Assembly (NCBI GenBank): GCA_963702435.1
Contig: CAVPCR010000002.1
Span: 1 to 64,000 of the forward strand
Origin: Candidatus Eiseniibacteriota bacterium
GTDB taxonomy: Bacteria > Eisenbacteria > RBG-16-71-46 > CAVPCR01
Length of the DNA: 64,000 bases
Direction: 5' to 3'
Part shown: piece by piece, positions 1 through 9,798 of the stretch
Layout of the letters: the number at the start of each line of letters is the position of its first letter
Position numbering within the stretch: the first letter of the stretch is position 1
Notes under the pieces: generated by a model
Databases searched by the model: none
Told to the model about the DNA's origin: nothing
The model's input: the letters and a program-made list of their open reading frames with translations, nothing else
Made by a program: the position numbers and the translations under genes

Positions 1-2
1 GC

Positions 3-950
3 CTCGTCCGCGCCTTCGATCAGCCGTTCGCCGACTCGGCGGCGATCCCCACCTGGTACGTCTCCGAGCTCACCCGCCGCCACGTGACCGTCGCGCTCTC
101 CGGCATCGGTGGGGACGAGGTGGCTGCCGGGTACGAGCGCCATCGGGGCGTCCTCCTCGCCGAGCGGGCGCGGCGCCTCCCCGCGTTCCTGCGGAACGGT
201 CTCCTCCGCCCGCTCGTCGAGCGCCTGCCCGAGTCGAAGCGCGGGACGCACTTCGCGGGCCGGCTCAAGCGCTTCATGCGCACCGTCGATCTCGACTTCG
301 ACGAGCGCTACCTCGCCCTCCTCACCGCCTTCCAGCCGGCGGCGCGGTCGGCGCTCCTCGCCCCCGCGATGCGCGAGCAGATCGTGCTCGACGAGCCCGC
401 CGCCCTGTTCCGGGCGGTCACCGCCCCGGCCGCCGCGGCCGATCCTTTGCATCGTGCATTATTTGCTGACCTCAAGCTATTTCTCCCCTGCGACCTCCTG
501 ACCTTCGCCGACCGCATGTCGATGGCCCATGCCCTCGAGGTCCGCGTGCCCTTCGCCGACCATCTGCTCCTCGAGTACGCCGCCACCATCCCGCCGGAGC
601 TCAAGCTCCACGGCCTGGAGAAGAAGTACATCCTCAAGCGCGCGGTGGCCGACCTCCTGCCGGCGGAGACGCTCCGCCGCCGGAAGATGGGGTTCTCGGT
701 GCCGCTCACCGTGTGGTTCCGGACCGAGCTCCGCCCCTTCGTCGAGGAGGTGCTGAGCGAGCGGGCGGTGCGCGCAGCGGGGGTGTTCCACTACCCGGAG
801 GTCCGCCGGGTCCTCGACGACCACTACGCGCTCCGCGCCAACAACGACATCCAGATCTGGGGACTCGTGACCTACATGCTCTGGCATCAGGACTACCTGG
901 CCGGCAGCGCCTATGCGCCGCTCCCGGCGGCGAGCGGGGTCGAGTCGTGA
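3..950 (+). CDS. asnB: Asparagine synthase (glutamine-hydrolysing) family amidotransferase, C-terminal part (5'-truncated by window edge)
   Basis: Frame open from base 3: FDQPFADSAAIPTWYVSE..VTVALSGIGGDE, DRMSMAHALEVRVPFAD, RRKMGF are AsnB synthetase-domain motifs; glycan-locus context. Confidence 0.9.
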   Translation, partial: LVRAFDQPFADSAAIPTWYVSELTRRHVTVALSGIGGDEVAAGYERHRGVLLAERARRLPAFLRNGLLRPLVERLPESKRGTHFAGRLKRFMRTVDLDFDERYLALLTAFQPAARSALLAPAMREQIVLDEPAALFRAVTAPAAAADPLHRALFADLKLFLPCDLLTFADRMSMAHALEVRVPFADHLLLEYAATIPPELKLHGLEKKYILKRAVADLLPAETLRRRKMGFSVPLTVWFRTELRPFVEEVLSERAVRAAGVFHYPEVRRVLDDHYALRANNDIQIWGLVTYMLWHQDYLAGSAYAPLPAASGVES

Positions 951-2227
951 GCCGGCAGCCGCTCGACATCCTCGTCCTCTCGCACGTGGTGCCGTGGCCG
1001 ACCACAAGCGGCCTCCTCCTGCGCTGCTACAACCTGCTGCGGGAGGTCGCCCGCCACCATCGGGTCCATCTGCTGGCTCTCAATCAGGACGTCCTCCTCG
1101 CGCCGGAAGCGGTGGCGGAATCGCGGCGCCATCTCCTCGAGTTCTGCGCCACGGTCGAGGTCTTTCCGCTGCCGACCGGCGGCTCGCGCGCGGCCTATGG
1201 CGCGCTCCTCCTCAGGAACACTCTCTCGCCGCTCCCGTACTCGGTTCCCCGCTTCTACTCGCCCGCCTTCGAGCAGGCGGTGGTCGCGACCCTGGCTCGC
1301 CATCCGATCCGCATCCTCCAGTACGAGACCATCGCCATGGCCCAGTACGGGGTCCTCGCCCCCGATCTGCCGTCGATCCTCGTGCACCAGAACGTCGAGT
1401 CGGATCTCCTCATCAGGCGGGCGGCGACCGAGCGGAACGCACTGGTCCGGAGGTACGTCGCGGCCCAGGGCGCGAAGCTCGCGCGCTACGAGGACCGCAT
1501 GTGCCGTGAGGCTGCGGCCAACGTCGTGGTCTCCGCCGCGGACCGGACCACCTTCGCCGCCCGCATGCCGGAGGCGCGCTTCGAGGTGGTCGTGAACGGC
1601 GTCGATGTCGACTACTTCCATCCGGGCAGCGATCCGGCGGGCGGGGAGAACCGGCTCGTCTTCGTCGGCGGCATGTCGTGGTATCCGAACCGCGAGGCGA
1701 TGAGCTGGTTCCTCGCCGAGATCTGGCCGCTCATCCGCCGGAAGCATCCCGGCGCGCGCATGGCGATCGTCGGCTCCCATCCCGCGCCCGACGTCCTGCG
1801 CGCGGTCGCCGCGGGAGAGGGGGTGGAGGCTCCGGGGCTCGTCCCGGACATCCGTCCGTACGTGCAGAACGCCGCCGTCTACGTCTGTCCGCTCCGCCTG
1901 GGCGGCGGCACGCGGCTCAAGATCCTCGATGCGTGGGCCATGGGCAAGGCGGTGGTCTCGACCACGCTCGGCTGCGAGGGGCTCGCCGCCGTGCCGGGGC
2001 GGGATCTCGAGATCGCCGACGAGCCGGCGCTCTTCGCGGACCGCGTCGGCGCGCTCCTGACCGACCCGGCGCGCCGTCGCGCCCTCGGGCGCGCGGGGCG
2101 CGAGCGCGTGGTCGGCGAGTTCGCATGGCCGGGGGTGGCCGCGGGCATGCTGGACCTCTACGCCGAGCTGGCCGCCGCGCACGCCGCGCACGAACCGCGG
2201 TCTCCCGTGCGCGCGGGCGCGGGCTAG
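947..2227 (+). CDS. Glycosyltransferase family 4 (EPS-associated)
   Basis: GTG start overlaps asnB stop (GTGA); VVVNGVDVDYF, FVGGMSWYPN, GGGTRLKILDAWAMGKAVVST. Confidence 0.9.
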   Translation: MSRQPLDILVLSHVVPWPTTSGLLLRCYNLLREVARHHRVHLLALNQDVLLAPEAVAESRRHLLEFCATVEVFPLPTGGSRAAYGALLLRNTLSPLPYSVPRFYSPAFEQAVVATLARHPIRILQYETIAMAQYGVLAPDLPSILVHQNVESDLLIRRAATERNALVRRYVAAQGAKLARYEDRMCREAAANVVVSAADRTTFAARMPEARFEVVVNGVDVDYFHPGSDPAGGENRLVFVGGMSWYPNREAMSWFLAEIWPLIRRKHPGARMAIVGSHPAPDVLRAVAAGEGVEAPGLVPDIRPYVQNAAVYVCPLRLGGGTRLKILDAWAMGKAVVSTTLGCEGLAAVPGRDLEIADEPALFADRVGALLTDPARRRALGRAGRERVVGEFAWPGVAAGMLDLYAELAAAHAAHEPRSPVRAGAG

Positions 2228-2289
2228 CCACCGTTGAGCATCGACGGCTGCCGGCTTCACCGGACTTTAGGACCGGGGGAGGCGCGCGG

Positions 2290-2646
2290 TCAGGCGGGGG
2301 CCGAGGGCGCGCGCGTCAGCCGGGAGAGGACCCAGGCCAGGACGGCGCCCATCACGCCGGTGAGAAGATCGATCACGATATCCTGGAGCATGACCGGCGT
2401 CGGCCGGCGGATGTAACGGAGCTGGGACTTGAGGAACAGATCGGCAATCTCCTTGGCCACGATGAGGCCGGCCACGAGCCAGGCCGCGCGCCGGGCGCCG
2501 AAGCGCTTCTCGCTCCACCGGAAGACGAGAAAGGCCACGCCGAAGTGAAGCACGACGTCGACATCAATGCCGAGGATGCGGGCGCTCGACAGGCGATAGA
2601 GCAACATGCGCACGGTGCGCGCGATATCGATCAGCGTCTCGACCAT
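2290..2646 (-). CDS. Small membrane protein, VanZ-like
   Basis: Three hydrophobic segments; LHF..., KEIAD, DIVIDLLTGVMGA pattern. Confidence 0.6.
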   Translation of the reverse strand: MVETLIDIARTVRMLLYRLSSARILGIDVDVVLHFGVAFLVFRWSEKRFGARRAAWLVAGLIVAKEIADLFLKSQLRYIRRPTPVMLQDIVIDLLTGVMGAVLAWVLSRLTRAPSAPA

Positions 2647-2748
2647 GACTCCCCGCGTGGCGCCGGCTCGAGCGCACGCCTCCCGGCCGCGATCATCGCC
2701 GCGTGCGCTCTCCTCCTCGTCCTCGCTCTCCTCGCCGCGGCCCGGCCG

Positions 2749-4002
2749 GTGTGGCCGGCCGCTCTCGCCGCCGGCGTCACGGCGATCGTCTTCCGCCTGC
2801 TCCCGACCCCGGCCTCAGCGCTCCTCGTCCTCGTGCCGTTCGCCGCGCTTGCGAACCTCGATGCCTGGATCGACCTCGGCCCGGCCTATCCGTCGGTGGC
2901 GATCCTCCTCGCCGCGGTGGCCGTGGCGGCGCTCAGGCGCCCGGCGGCCTTCCGCTTTCGTGGGGCCGCGCGTATCGCGCTCGCCTACGGCCTCTGGGTG
3001 AGCGTCGCCGCCGCCCTGGCCGTCCTGACGCGCCCGGGCACGATCCACTGGACCGATGCTACCCGCCTCCTCCAGAACGGGTTCCTCGCCGCCACCCTGG
3101 CCGCGCTCGGTGCGAACCTCGCCGTCCGCCGGGGGGGCGCTGCGCGCTGGACCTGGGCCGCCGCCATCGCCGCCGGCCTCCTCGGTGCCCTCGCGCTCGG
3201 GGCAGCTGCGCTCGACCGGAGCGGCGGCGTGCCGCGGACCGGACGCGTGGTCGGCGGCTCGGAGCTCCTGGCGCTGCATCTGACCTTGCTCTTCCCGCCC
3301 GGCCTCGCCCTTCTCGCCGCCAGACGGAGCCCGGGTTCCGCATCCCGACGCTCTGCCCTCGCGGGTCTCTCGATCCTCGCCGCCACCGGGCTCGCCCTCT
3401 CGTTCTCGCGCTCGGGCTGGGTCGGCGCGTGGGCCGCCATCCTAGGGATGGGCGTGATCGCGATCAAGACGGATCGAGGTGCCGGCCGCCGCCTGGTCGC
3501 CCTCGCGCTGGTCCTCGCCGCGGGCGCCGCGCTCGTCCTCCTCGGACTCGACGGCGGTGCTGGTCCGCGCGCCTCCGCGTACGCCGATCGCCTCGGTTCC
3601 CTCACCCGCCTCGACCTGTTCGCGGATCGCCGCGCGGAGTGGGCGCGGGGCGTCGCCGCACTGCGCGCCCATCCGTGGTTCGGCGATCCGATCGCTCCGA
3701 ACCCCTACAATCTGGCGCTCGGCCTGGCCGCCACGAGCGGCCTCCCGGCCGTCCTCTGCTTCGGCGCGTTCGCCATCGCGAGCCTTGCGCGCGGGCTGCG
3801 CGCCGCCTGGCGCAGCCCGGCGCCGGAGTCCGTCTGCGCCGTGGGTCTTCTCGGCGCGGCGATCGCGCTCCTCGTAACCGGCATCGGGGAAGCGACCCTC
3901 GGCACGCGCCTGACCCCGCCCGTGTTCGCCACGCTCGGTCTCCTCGCCGGGCTCGGAGCGACGCCGCCCGGCGCGCAGGGCCGGCCGAGGACATCGCGAT
4001 GA
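2749..4002 (+). CDS. O-antigen ligase/polymerase-like multi-pass membrane protein (start uncertain; frame open further upstream)
   Basis: Many TM segments; LALSFSRSGW, DRRAEWARGVAALRAHPWFG, PYNLALGLAATSGL resemble Wzy_C/WaaL motifs; stop overlaps next ATG. Confidence 0.7.
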   Translation: MWPAALAAGVTAIVFRLLPTPASALLVLVPFAALANLDAWIDLGPAYPSVAILLAAVAVAALRRPAAFRFRGAARIALAYGLWVSVAAALAVLTRPGTIHWTDATRLLQNGFLAATLAALGANLAVRRGGAARWTWAAAIAAGLLGALALGAAALDRSGGVPRTGRVVGGSELLALHLTLLFPPGLALLAARRSPGSASRRSALAGLSILAATGLALSFSRSGWVGAWAAILGMGVIAIKTDRGAGRRLVALALVLAAGAALVLLGLDGGAGPRASAYADRLGSLTRLDLFADRRAEWARGVAALRAHPWFGDPIAPNPYNLALGLAATSGLPAVLCFGAFAIASLARGLRAAWRSPAPESVCAVGLLGAAIALLVTGIGEATLGTRLTPPVFATLGLLAGLGATPPGAQGRPRTSR

Positions 4003-5015
4003 CGGCGCCGGGCGCCGCGCCGCACGTGAGCGTCGTCATCCCCGCGTACAACGCGGCGGCGACGCTCCCCGCAACCCTCGCCTCGGTCTTCGCCCAGACC
4101 TTCGCCGACTACGAGGTGATCGTCGTCGACGACGGCTCGACCGACGGAACCCCCGCGCTCCTCGCCCGCTACGGCGACCGGATCCGCGCCTTCCGGAAAG
4201 TCAACGAGGCCCGCCCCTCGACCACGCGCAACCTCGGGGCCAAGGCGGCGCGCGGTGAGCTGGTCGCCTTCCTCGACGCCGACGATTGCTGGCAGCCGGA
4301 GAAGCTCGCGCGCCAGGTCGCGCTGTTCGCGGCCAACTCGCGCCTCGGCCTCGTCTACACCGCATCCGCCGTCATCGACACGAGCGGGCGCGTCCTGCGC
4401 GTGAATCAGTGCCCGCGGGGCGGGCGCGGTCGGATCTACCCGCTCCTCGCGGTGCGCAACATGATGGTGGGCTCGTCGGTCATGGCCCGCCGCGCCGCGA
4501 TCGCCGAGGCCGGCTGGTTCGATGAGGAACTCACCTCCATCGAGAACTGGGATCTGTGGATCCGCATCGCCCGCCGCTGGGAGGTGGACTGCGTCGACGA
4601 GCCGCTCACACTGTACCGCGTGCATCCGGGGAACCGCAGCGCCGACGTCGAGCTCCGCCGGCGCAACATCTTCCGCATCCTCGCCAAGACCCACGACCCG
4701 ACCGATCGCTCGCCCGAGGCCGAACGGCTCCGGCGCGATGCGTACTTCAATGCGTACTACGTCGTTCTCGGCATGGGGTACTTCGATCGACTGGAGATGG
4801 GCGCGGCCGCCCGCGCCCTGGCGCGCGCCTTCCTCCTCAAGCCGCGCGCCGACGTCGCCCGGCTCCTTCTCACCACCCTTCTCGGGCGCCGCCTCTACCT
4901 GACCTTGCGCAGGATGAAGCAGCGCCTGACCGGGGCCGACTCCGACGCGAACGCCGGCCCCGGGTTCGGCGGCCCGGCCGCCGGCCGCGCACCGGAGACC
5001 GGAGAGCGGGGATGA
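3999..5015 (+). CDS. Glycosyltransferase family 2
   Basis: VSVVIPAYNAA, VIVVDDGSTD, AFLDADD, ENWDLWIR. Confidence 0.92.
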   Translation: MTAPGAAPHVSVVIPAYNAAATLPATLASVFAQTFADYEVIVVDDGSTDGTPALLARYGDRIRAFRKVNEARPSTTRNLGAKAARGELVAFLDADDCWQPEKLARQVALFAANSRLGLVYTASAVIDTSGRVLRVNQCPRGGRGRIYPLLAVRNMMVGSSVMARRAAIAEAGWFDEELTSIENWDLWIRIARRWEVDCVDEPLTLYRVHPGNRSADVELRRRNIFRILAKTHDPTDRSPEAERLRRDAYFNAYYVVLGMGYFDRLEMGAAARALARAFLLKPRADVARLLLTTLLGRRLYLTLRRMKQRLTGADSDANAGPGFGGPAAGRAPETGERG

Positions 5016-5647
5016 GCTCTCTCGGCATCCTTCTCGGCCTGGCCCCGGGAACGCGCATTCTCGTCCTCGGCGAGCCGGACCGCGAGATCGAGGCGGCCCT
5101 CGCTCATCCGGCCGGGAGCGAAGTCCTCCTGAGCGGCGACGGTCATGGCGTGCCCCGGGCTTCCATGGACGTCGTGGTCCTCGGCCGCGGCGCGGCATCC
5201 GTGCCGGCCACCCGGCGCCCGCTCGTGACAGCGGCCGCGCGCGCCCTGGTCCCGGGCGGCATCTTCGCCGCCGAGTTCCCGAACCGGCTGGCCGCGCTCT
5301 CGAAGCTGCTCCTCGCGCACGAGGCCCTGCCCGGGGCGGGCGACGGACGCGGCGGACTCGCCTACGGCGCCGCGCTGCGCCTCCTCCGCAACGGAGGCTT
5401 CGCGCGGGTCAGCGGTTTCCTCTGCCTGCCGGGCCTTGCCGATCCCCAGGTCCTGCTCCCTCTCGATGGCCGCCGGGCCCTGGCCTTCCACTTCGCGTCC
5501 CCGTTCTTCCTCGAATCGCCGGCGCGACGGATGCTGCGGCGGTTCCTCGCGACCGCGGCCGCCGGCGGTTTCCTCCCGGCGCTGGCTCCCGGTTTCAGCC
5601 TCATCGCGACCCGCAGCGGCGAGTCAGGGTTCGCGGAAGCGGCATGA
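5012..5647 (+). CDS. Degenerate class I methyltransferase-like protein
   Basis: ATGA overlaps at both ends; RILVLG, SMDVVVL, ARALVPGGIFAAEFPNR. Confidence 0.55.
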   Translation: MSSLGILLGLAPGTRILVLGEPDREIEAALAHPAGSEVLLSGDGHGVPRASMDVVVLGRGAASVPATRRPLVTAAARALVPGGIFAAEFPNRLAALSKLLLAHEALPGAGDGRGGLAYGAALRLLRNGGFARVSGFLCLPGLADPQVLLPLDGRRALAFHFASPFFLESPARRMLRRFLATAAAGGFLPALAPGFSLIATRSGESGFAEAA

Positions 5648-6759
5648 TCCACGCACTGACCGATCACCTGCTCGCACGCTGGCCCGCCGTGACCGGCGGT
5701 CGCTGGCCGCGCCCGCAGGCGATCCACTGGCTCAGGGTCGGCCGCATCGGCGACCTGCCCCGCCCCGTCACCTACTTCTACCTCTTCCTCGACGACGAGA
5801 GCGCGCCCGCCATGGTCGCCAAGATCACGCTCGAGCACGCGGCGCGCGCCCGGCTCGAGCACACGTTCGATGTCACGCGCTGCCTGCGGAACCGCGTGGG
5901 GGAGCCCCTGGCGGCGACGATCCCGGCGCCGCTGGCCGAGTTCCCCTTCGGTGCCTACTGGGTGGGGATCGAGGAAGCAGCGAGCGGCAGGCCGGTGGTC
6001 CCGGTCGTCGCGCTCGCGCGGCGCGGAGAGGAGGCGCGAGTACGGCGCTACATCGGGTCGGTGGTGGACTGGCTCATCGCGTTCGGGCGCACCGGCTACG
6101 CGCTGGTCGACTTCGACGGTGACCTCTACACGCAGGCGGTGACCGAGCCGCTGGCTCGCCTGGCCCGCATGCACGAGCTGGCCCCTCCGGAGTCGAGACA
6201 GCTGGCCGCCATCGAGACGCAGCTCGGCGCCCATCGCGGGCGCCCCGTCCCGGCGGTCGCTCAGCACGGCGATCCGTGGCCCGGCAACATCTTCGTCGAC
6301 GGAGATCGCCTCCAGGTCATCGACTGGGACCGCTATCGCGAGCAGGACGCCTCCTGCCACGACATCTACACCTTCTTCTCGAGCTTCATCGTGCGCGGCG
6401 GGCGGCGAGCACCAGGGCCGCCGGCGTCCGCACCAGAGGATCCCTTCGCCGCCACGATCCACGCCGACACCTGGTTCGCGCATCTCGTCCGCGCCGAGCT
6501 CGCTCGCTACGTGGCGGCCATCGGGTTCGATCCCGGGCTGGCCGCGCTCATGATGCCCATGTACCTGGTGCGCATGGCCGTGCGCCGCGACCCGGCCACC
6601 GTTTCGGGCCGGAGCCTGAACGCCAAGTTCGCCGGCTTGCTCGCCGCGCACCTGCGGGCGATCACGTCAGGATCGGCGCCCGGCGACCGGCACCGGCAGC
6701 CGGTGCTCGGTCGTGCGTCCGGGCCTCCGGCCGGCGGACCGTCGCGCTCGCAACCATGA
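5644..6759 (+). CDS. Aminoglycoside phosphotransferase-family kinase
   Basis: MVAKI, QHGDPWPGNIFV, VIDWD kinase motifs. Confidence 0.8.
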   Translation: MIHALTDHLLARWPAVTGGRWPRPQAIHWLRVGRIGDLPRPVTYFYLFLDDESAPAMVAKITLEHAARARLEHTFDVTRCLRNRVGEPLAATIPAPLAEFPFGAYWVGIEEAASGRPVVPVVALARRGEEARVRRYIGSVVDWLIAFGRTGYALVDFDGDLYTQAVTEPLARLARMHELAPPESRQLAAIETQLGAHRGRPVPAVAQHGDPWPGNIFVDGDRLQVIDWDRYREQDASCHDIYTFFSSFIVRGGRRAPGPPASAPEDPFAATIHADTWFAHLVRAELARYVAAIGFDPGLAALMMPMYLVRMAVRRDPATVSGRSLNAKFAGLLAAHLRAITSGSAPGDRHRQPVLGRASGPPAGGPSRSQP

Positions 6760-6844
6760 TCCCCTATGCTCTTCGCGAGTGGCGGCCGGTCCTCGCCGCG
6801 CCGCAGCCGATCGCCCGCCACGCAACCCCGGAAGGTCCGCCCTC

Positions 6845-8041
6845 ATGACCAAGCGCCCGCCAGCGGCCACATCCGCTCCCCGGCTGGAGGAGGCTCCGCC
6901 GCGCGACTTCCTGCCCTTCCACCGTCCGACCCTGGGGCCGGCGGAGGAGGCGGCCGTGCTCGAGGTGCTCCGCTCCGGCTGGCTCACGACCGGGTCCCGC
7001 GCCAAGGCCTTCGAGACGGCCTTCGCCCGCCTGATCGGAGTCGAGCACGCGATCGCGGTGAGTTCCTGCACCGCGGCGCTCCACCTGGCCCTGCGCCTGC
7101 TCGAGATCGGGCCCGGGGACGAGGTGCTGGTGCCGACGACGACGTTCGCAGCCACCGCCAACGTGGTGGTCCATCTCGGCGCGCGCCCCGTCCTCTGCGA
7201 CGTGGATCCGATCACGCTGACCATCGACCCCGCCGACGCGCGCGCGCGCACCACCGAGCGCACGCGCGCGATCATCCCGGTCCACATCGGCGGCTATCCG
7301 TGCGCCATGCCCGAGATCCTCGCGCTCGCCGCGGCGCGCGGGCTCCAGGTGATCGAGGATGCCGCCCACGCGATCGAGACCGAGATGGACGGGAAGCACG
7401 CCGGGGCGCACGGCCGCTTCGGCGCGTTCAGCTTCTACCCCACCAAGAGCATCACGACCGGTGAAGGCGGGATGCTGGTCACGAGCGACGCCGAGATGGC
7501 GGCCCGGGGACGCATCCTCTCCCTGCACGGGCTGTCACAGGATGCCTGGAAGCGGTACACCAAGGAGGGGAGCGCGCACTACGAGGTCGTCGCGCCCGGG
7601 TTCAAGTACAACCTGACCGATATCGCCGCCGCGCTCGGCCTGGTGCAGCTCGAGCGCCTGGCATCCTTCTACACCGAGCGCCGGCGGCTCGCGCTCGCCT
7701 ACGAGGAGGGGCTCTGCGGGCTCCCCGTGACCTGGCAGCCGCTCGCGGTCGAGGGCGGGCGCGTTGCCCACCACCTGTTCATCCTGCTGCTCGACCGCGA
7801 GCTGGCCCCGCGCCGGGACGAGATCGCCGAGGCGCTCAAGGCGCGCCAGATCGGGACGTCCATCCACTTCCGCCCCCTCCACCTGATGGCCTACTACGCG
7901 GAGGCGTTCGGGTATCGCCGCGGGGACTTGCCGGCGGCCGAGGACGTGTATGCGCGGACCCTCTCGCTGCCGCTCTATCCGGCGATGACCGTGGCCGACG
8001 TCGAGTACGTGGCGGGCGAGCTGCGGGCGCTCCTCGCGTGA
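6845..8041 (+). CDS. DegT/DnrJ/EryC1/StrS PLP aminotransferase
   Basis: [39 protein letters not shown]. Confidence 0.95.
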   Translation: MTKRPPAATSAPRLEEAPPRDFLPFHRPTLGPAEEAAVLEVLRSGWLTTGSRAKAFETAFARLIGVEHAIAVSSCTAALHLALRLLEIGPGDEVLVPTTTFAATANVVVHLGARPVLCDVDPITLTIDPADARARTTERTRAIIPVHIGGYPCAMPEILALAAARGLQVIEDAAHAIETEMDGKHAGAHGRFGAFSFYPTKSITTGEGGMLVTSDAEMAARGRILSLHGLSQDAWKRYTKEGSAHYEVVAPGFKYNLTDIAAALGLVQLERLASFYTERRRLALAYEEGLCGLPVTWQPLAVEGGRVAHHLFILLLDRELAPRRDEIAEALKARQIGTSIHFRPLHLMAYYAEAFGYRRGDLPAAEDVYARTLSLPLYPAMTVADVEYVAGELRALLA

Positions 8042-8111
8042 TCAGGGCACCCGCCCCCCGGACACGACGCCCGGCTAGCGGATGCGACAGCCGGCCCCGG
8101 ACGCCGCGCGG

Positions 8112-8981
8112 CTAGCGGCTCCGCGCCAGGGCGAGGGCCAAGGCGAGGAGACGAGGTGCCGTGCGGAGGAGACCGCCGACCCGGAGCTCCCCGCGGCCCA
8201 GAGCGCGGAGGAGGACGCGCGGGTGGGGAAGCCCGCCGTCAGCGAGGCTCGCCAGAAGCGCATACGGGAGGCGCGCGCGGAGGTCCGGCCGTTCCGCCGC
8301 TCCCCGCACCAGCTCGAAGCCATGGGCGGCGAGCACCACATGGCAGGGGAGGAAGCCGCCGATCGCCAGATCGACGACCAGCGGGCGGCGGAGCGCACCG
8401 CGGACCGCCGGCCGCGCCACGAGGCGAGCTCCGAGCTCCGCCACCCGTGGCGCGAGGGACCCCGGACCCAGATGTTTCCGGTACTGCGTGGTCACCCCCG
8501 GCACCAGCACGTGACCGAACCGCGGGTGAAAGTAGTTCTCGTTGAGCGCGCGCGAGGTGAACCCCACGCGGAAGACGACATGGCGGGCCCGGAGTCGCTC
8601 GCTGCTCAGGTCGCGGGCCCGTGCCCCCAGGTCCTGCCCGCGGCGCGCCGGCAGCACGGCGAGGTCGCTGTCGAAGCTCACGGGGAGCGTGAGCCCCGGG
8701 GCGATCCGGACCTCGAGCACGGTCGCGTGCAGACACGCGACCACCTCGCCGGCGACACGACCGACGATGATGTCGTCGGCGCGAAAGCCGGGGCAGTCGC
8801 GATGCTTCCAGTTCCACCACGTCAGGTCCCCCCACCGGTCTCCCTGGATGGCATTGAGGAGAGCGACGAGAGCCGCTTCGTCGCCCGGCCGGTAGCTCTC
8901 GAAGGTGATGTCGGCGGCCGGCCCGGCGGCCGGCCCGGCCGCCGGCTCGCCCCTGGCTCCGTGGTCCATGCGGTTCGCCAT
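8112..8981 (-). CDS. GNAT-family acyltransferase with SCP2-like C-terminal domain
   Basis: YRPGDEAALVALLN, DLAVLPARRGQDLG acyl-CoA loop; C-terminal PDLRARL..GELRVGG. Confidence 0.7.
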   Translation of the reverse strand: MANRMDHGARGEPAAGPAAGPAADITFESYRPGDEAALVALLNAIQGDRWGDLTWWNWKHRDCPGFRADDIIVGRVAGEVVACLHATVLEVRIAPGLTLPVSFDSDLAVLPARRGQDLGARARDLSSERLRARHVVFRVGFTSRALNENYFHPRFGHVLVPGVTTQYRKHLGPGSLAPRVAELGARLVARPAVRGALRRPLVVDLAIGGFLPCHVVLAAHGFELVRGAAERPDLRARLPYALLASLADGGLPHPRVLLRALGRGELRVGGLLRTAPRLLALALALARSR

Positions 8982-8994
8982 CCGGCAACGCCCT

Positions 8995-9798
8995 TCAGCG
9001 CCCGTCCGCGGGCGGCGCGTACCACGGGTGCTCGAGCACGATCCCGGCGAAGAGAGTCCGCACGTCGGCTTCGCCGGATGCCGGCTCGATGTCGATGCGG
9101 CCCGACCGCCGTGCCTCGTCGAAAGGGAGCCGGCGCAGCATGATGTCGGCGAGCGTGGACAGATCGCTGCGGACCCGGATATCGGCGGCCGCGCCCGCGG
9201 CCGCGGCGCCGACCGGGTCGGGATCGCGCGGGGCCACGCGGAGGCGAAGGGTCTCCTTGCGCCGGTAATGACCGGGACCGAGCTCGAGCAGAAAGACCGG
9301 GCTCCGGTCGCCGGGGAGCCGGTCGCGTTGGTGGACGAGCAGGCGGCGAAGAGCCTCCTCGACGTCGACGAGGAGGATCTGCTGCGAGGCGCTCACCTCC
9401 TCGCGGTAACCGTCACCGAGCAGCAGAGCGCGCACCGCCTCGTCGATGCTCGGGAGCTCGAACAGGATGGACTCCTGCCCACCGGCGAGACACCGCGCTT
9501 CGAGCGCCGTCTTGAGCGCTCCCGCGGCCACCGCCCGCTCCGCCCCGACGAGGCCGGGATCGAGACAGAGCTCGAGCACCACCCCGGCGGGCCCGAGCAC
9601 GCCGAAGCCGAGCACGGCTCCGTTACCGGTCACGAGCAGGAGGACATCCTCCGGCGTCACGCCGGGTCGCCGCAGAATCGACCAGCGCCAGTGCTCGACG
9701 GTCCGTGGCACGGGACCGGCGTAGGGCGCATGGGCCCGGTTGGCCAGATCCACCAGCAACACCTCGTCACCGGCCTGGTACGAGCGGATGGTCGTCAT
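8995..9798 (-). CDS. GNAT-like protein with SCP2-like C-terminal domain
   Basis: IRSYQAGDEVLLVDLAN, RTVEHWRW; ADIRVRSDLSTLADIML..SGRIDI. Confidence 0.6.
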   Translation of the reverse strand: MTTIRSYQAGDEVLLVDLANRAHAPYAGPVPRTVEHWRWSILRRPGVTPEDVLLLVTGNGAVLGFGVLGPAGVVLELCLDPGLVGAERAVAAGALKTALEARCLAGGQESILFELPSIDEAVRALLLGDGYREEVSASQQILLVDVEEALRRLLVHQRDRLPGDRSPVFLLELGPGHYRRKETLRLRVAPRDPDPVGAAAAGAAADIRVRSDLSTLADIMLRRLPFDEARRSGRIDIEPASGEADVRTLFAGIVLEHPWYAPPADGR

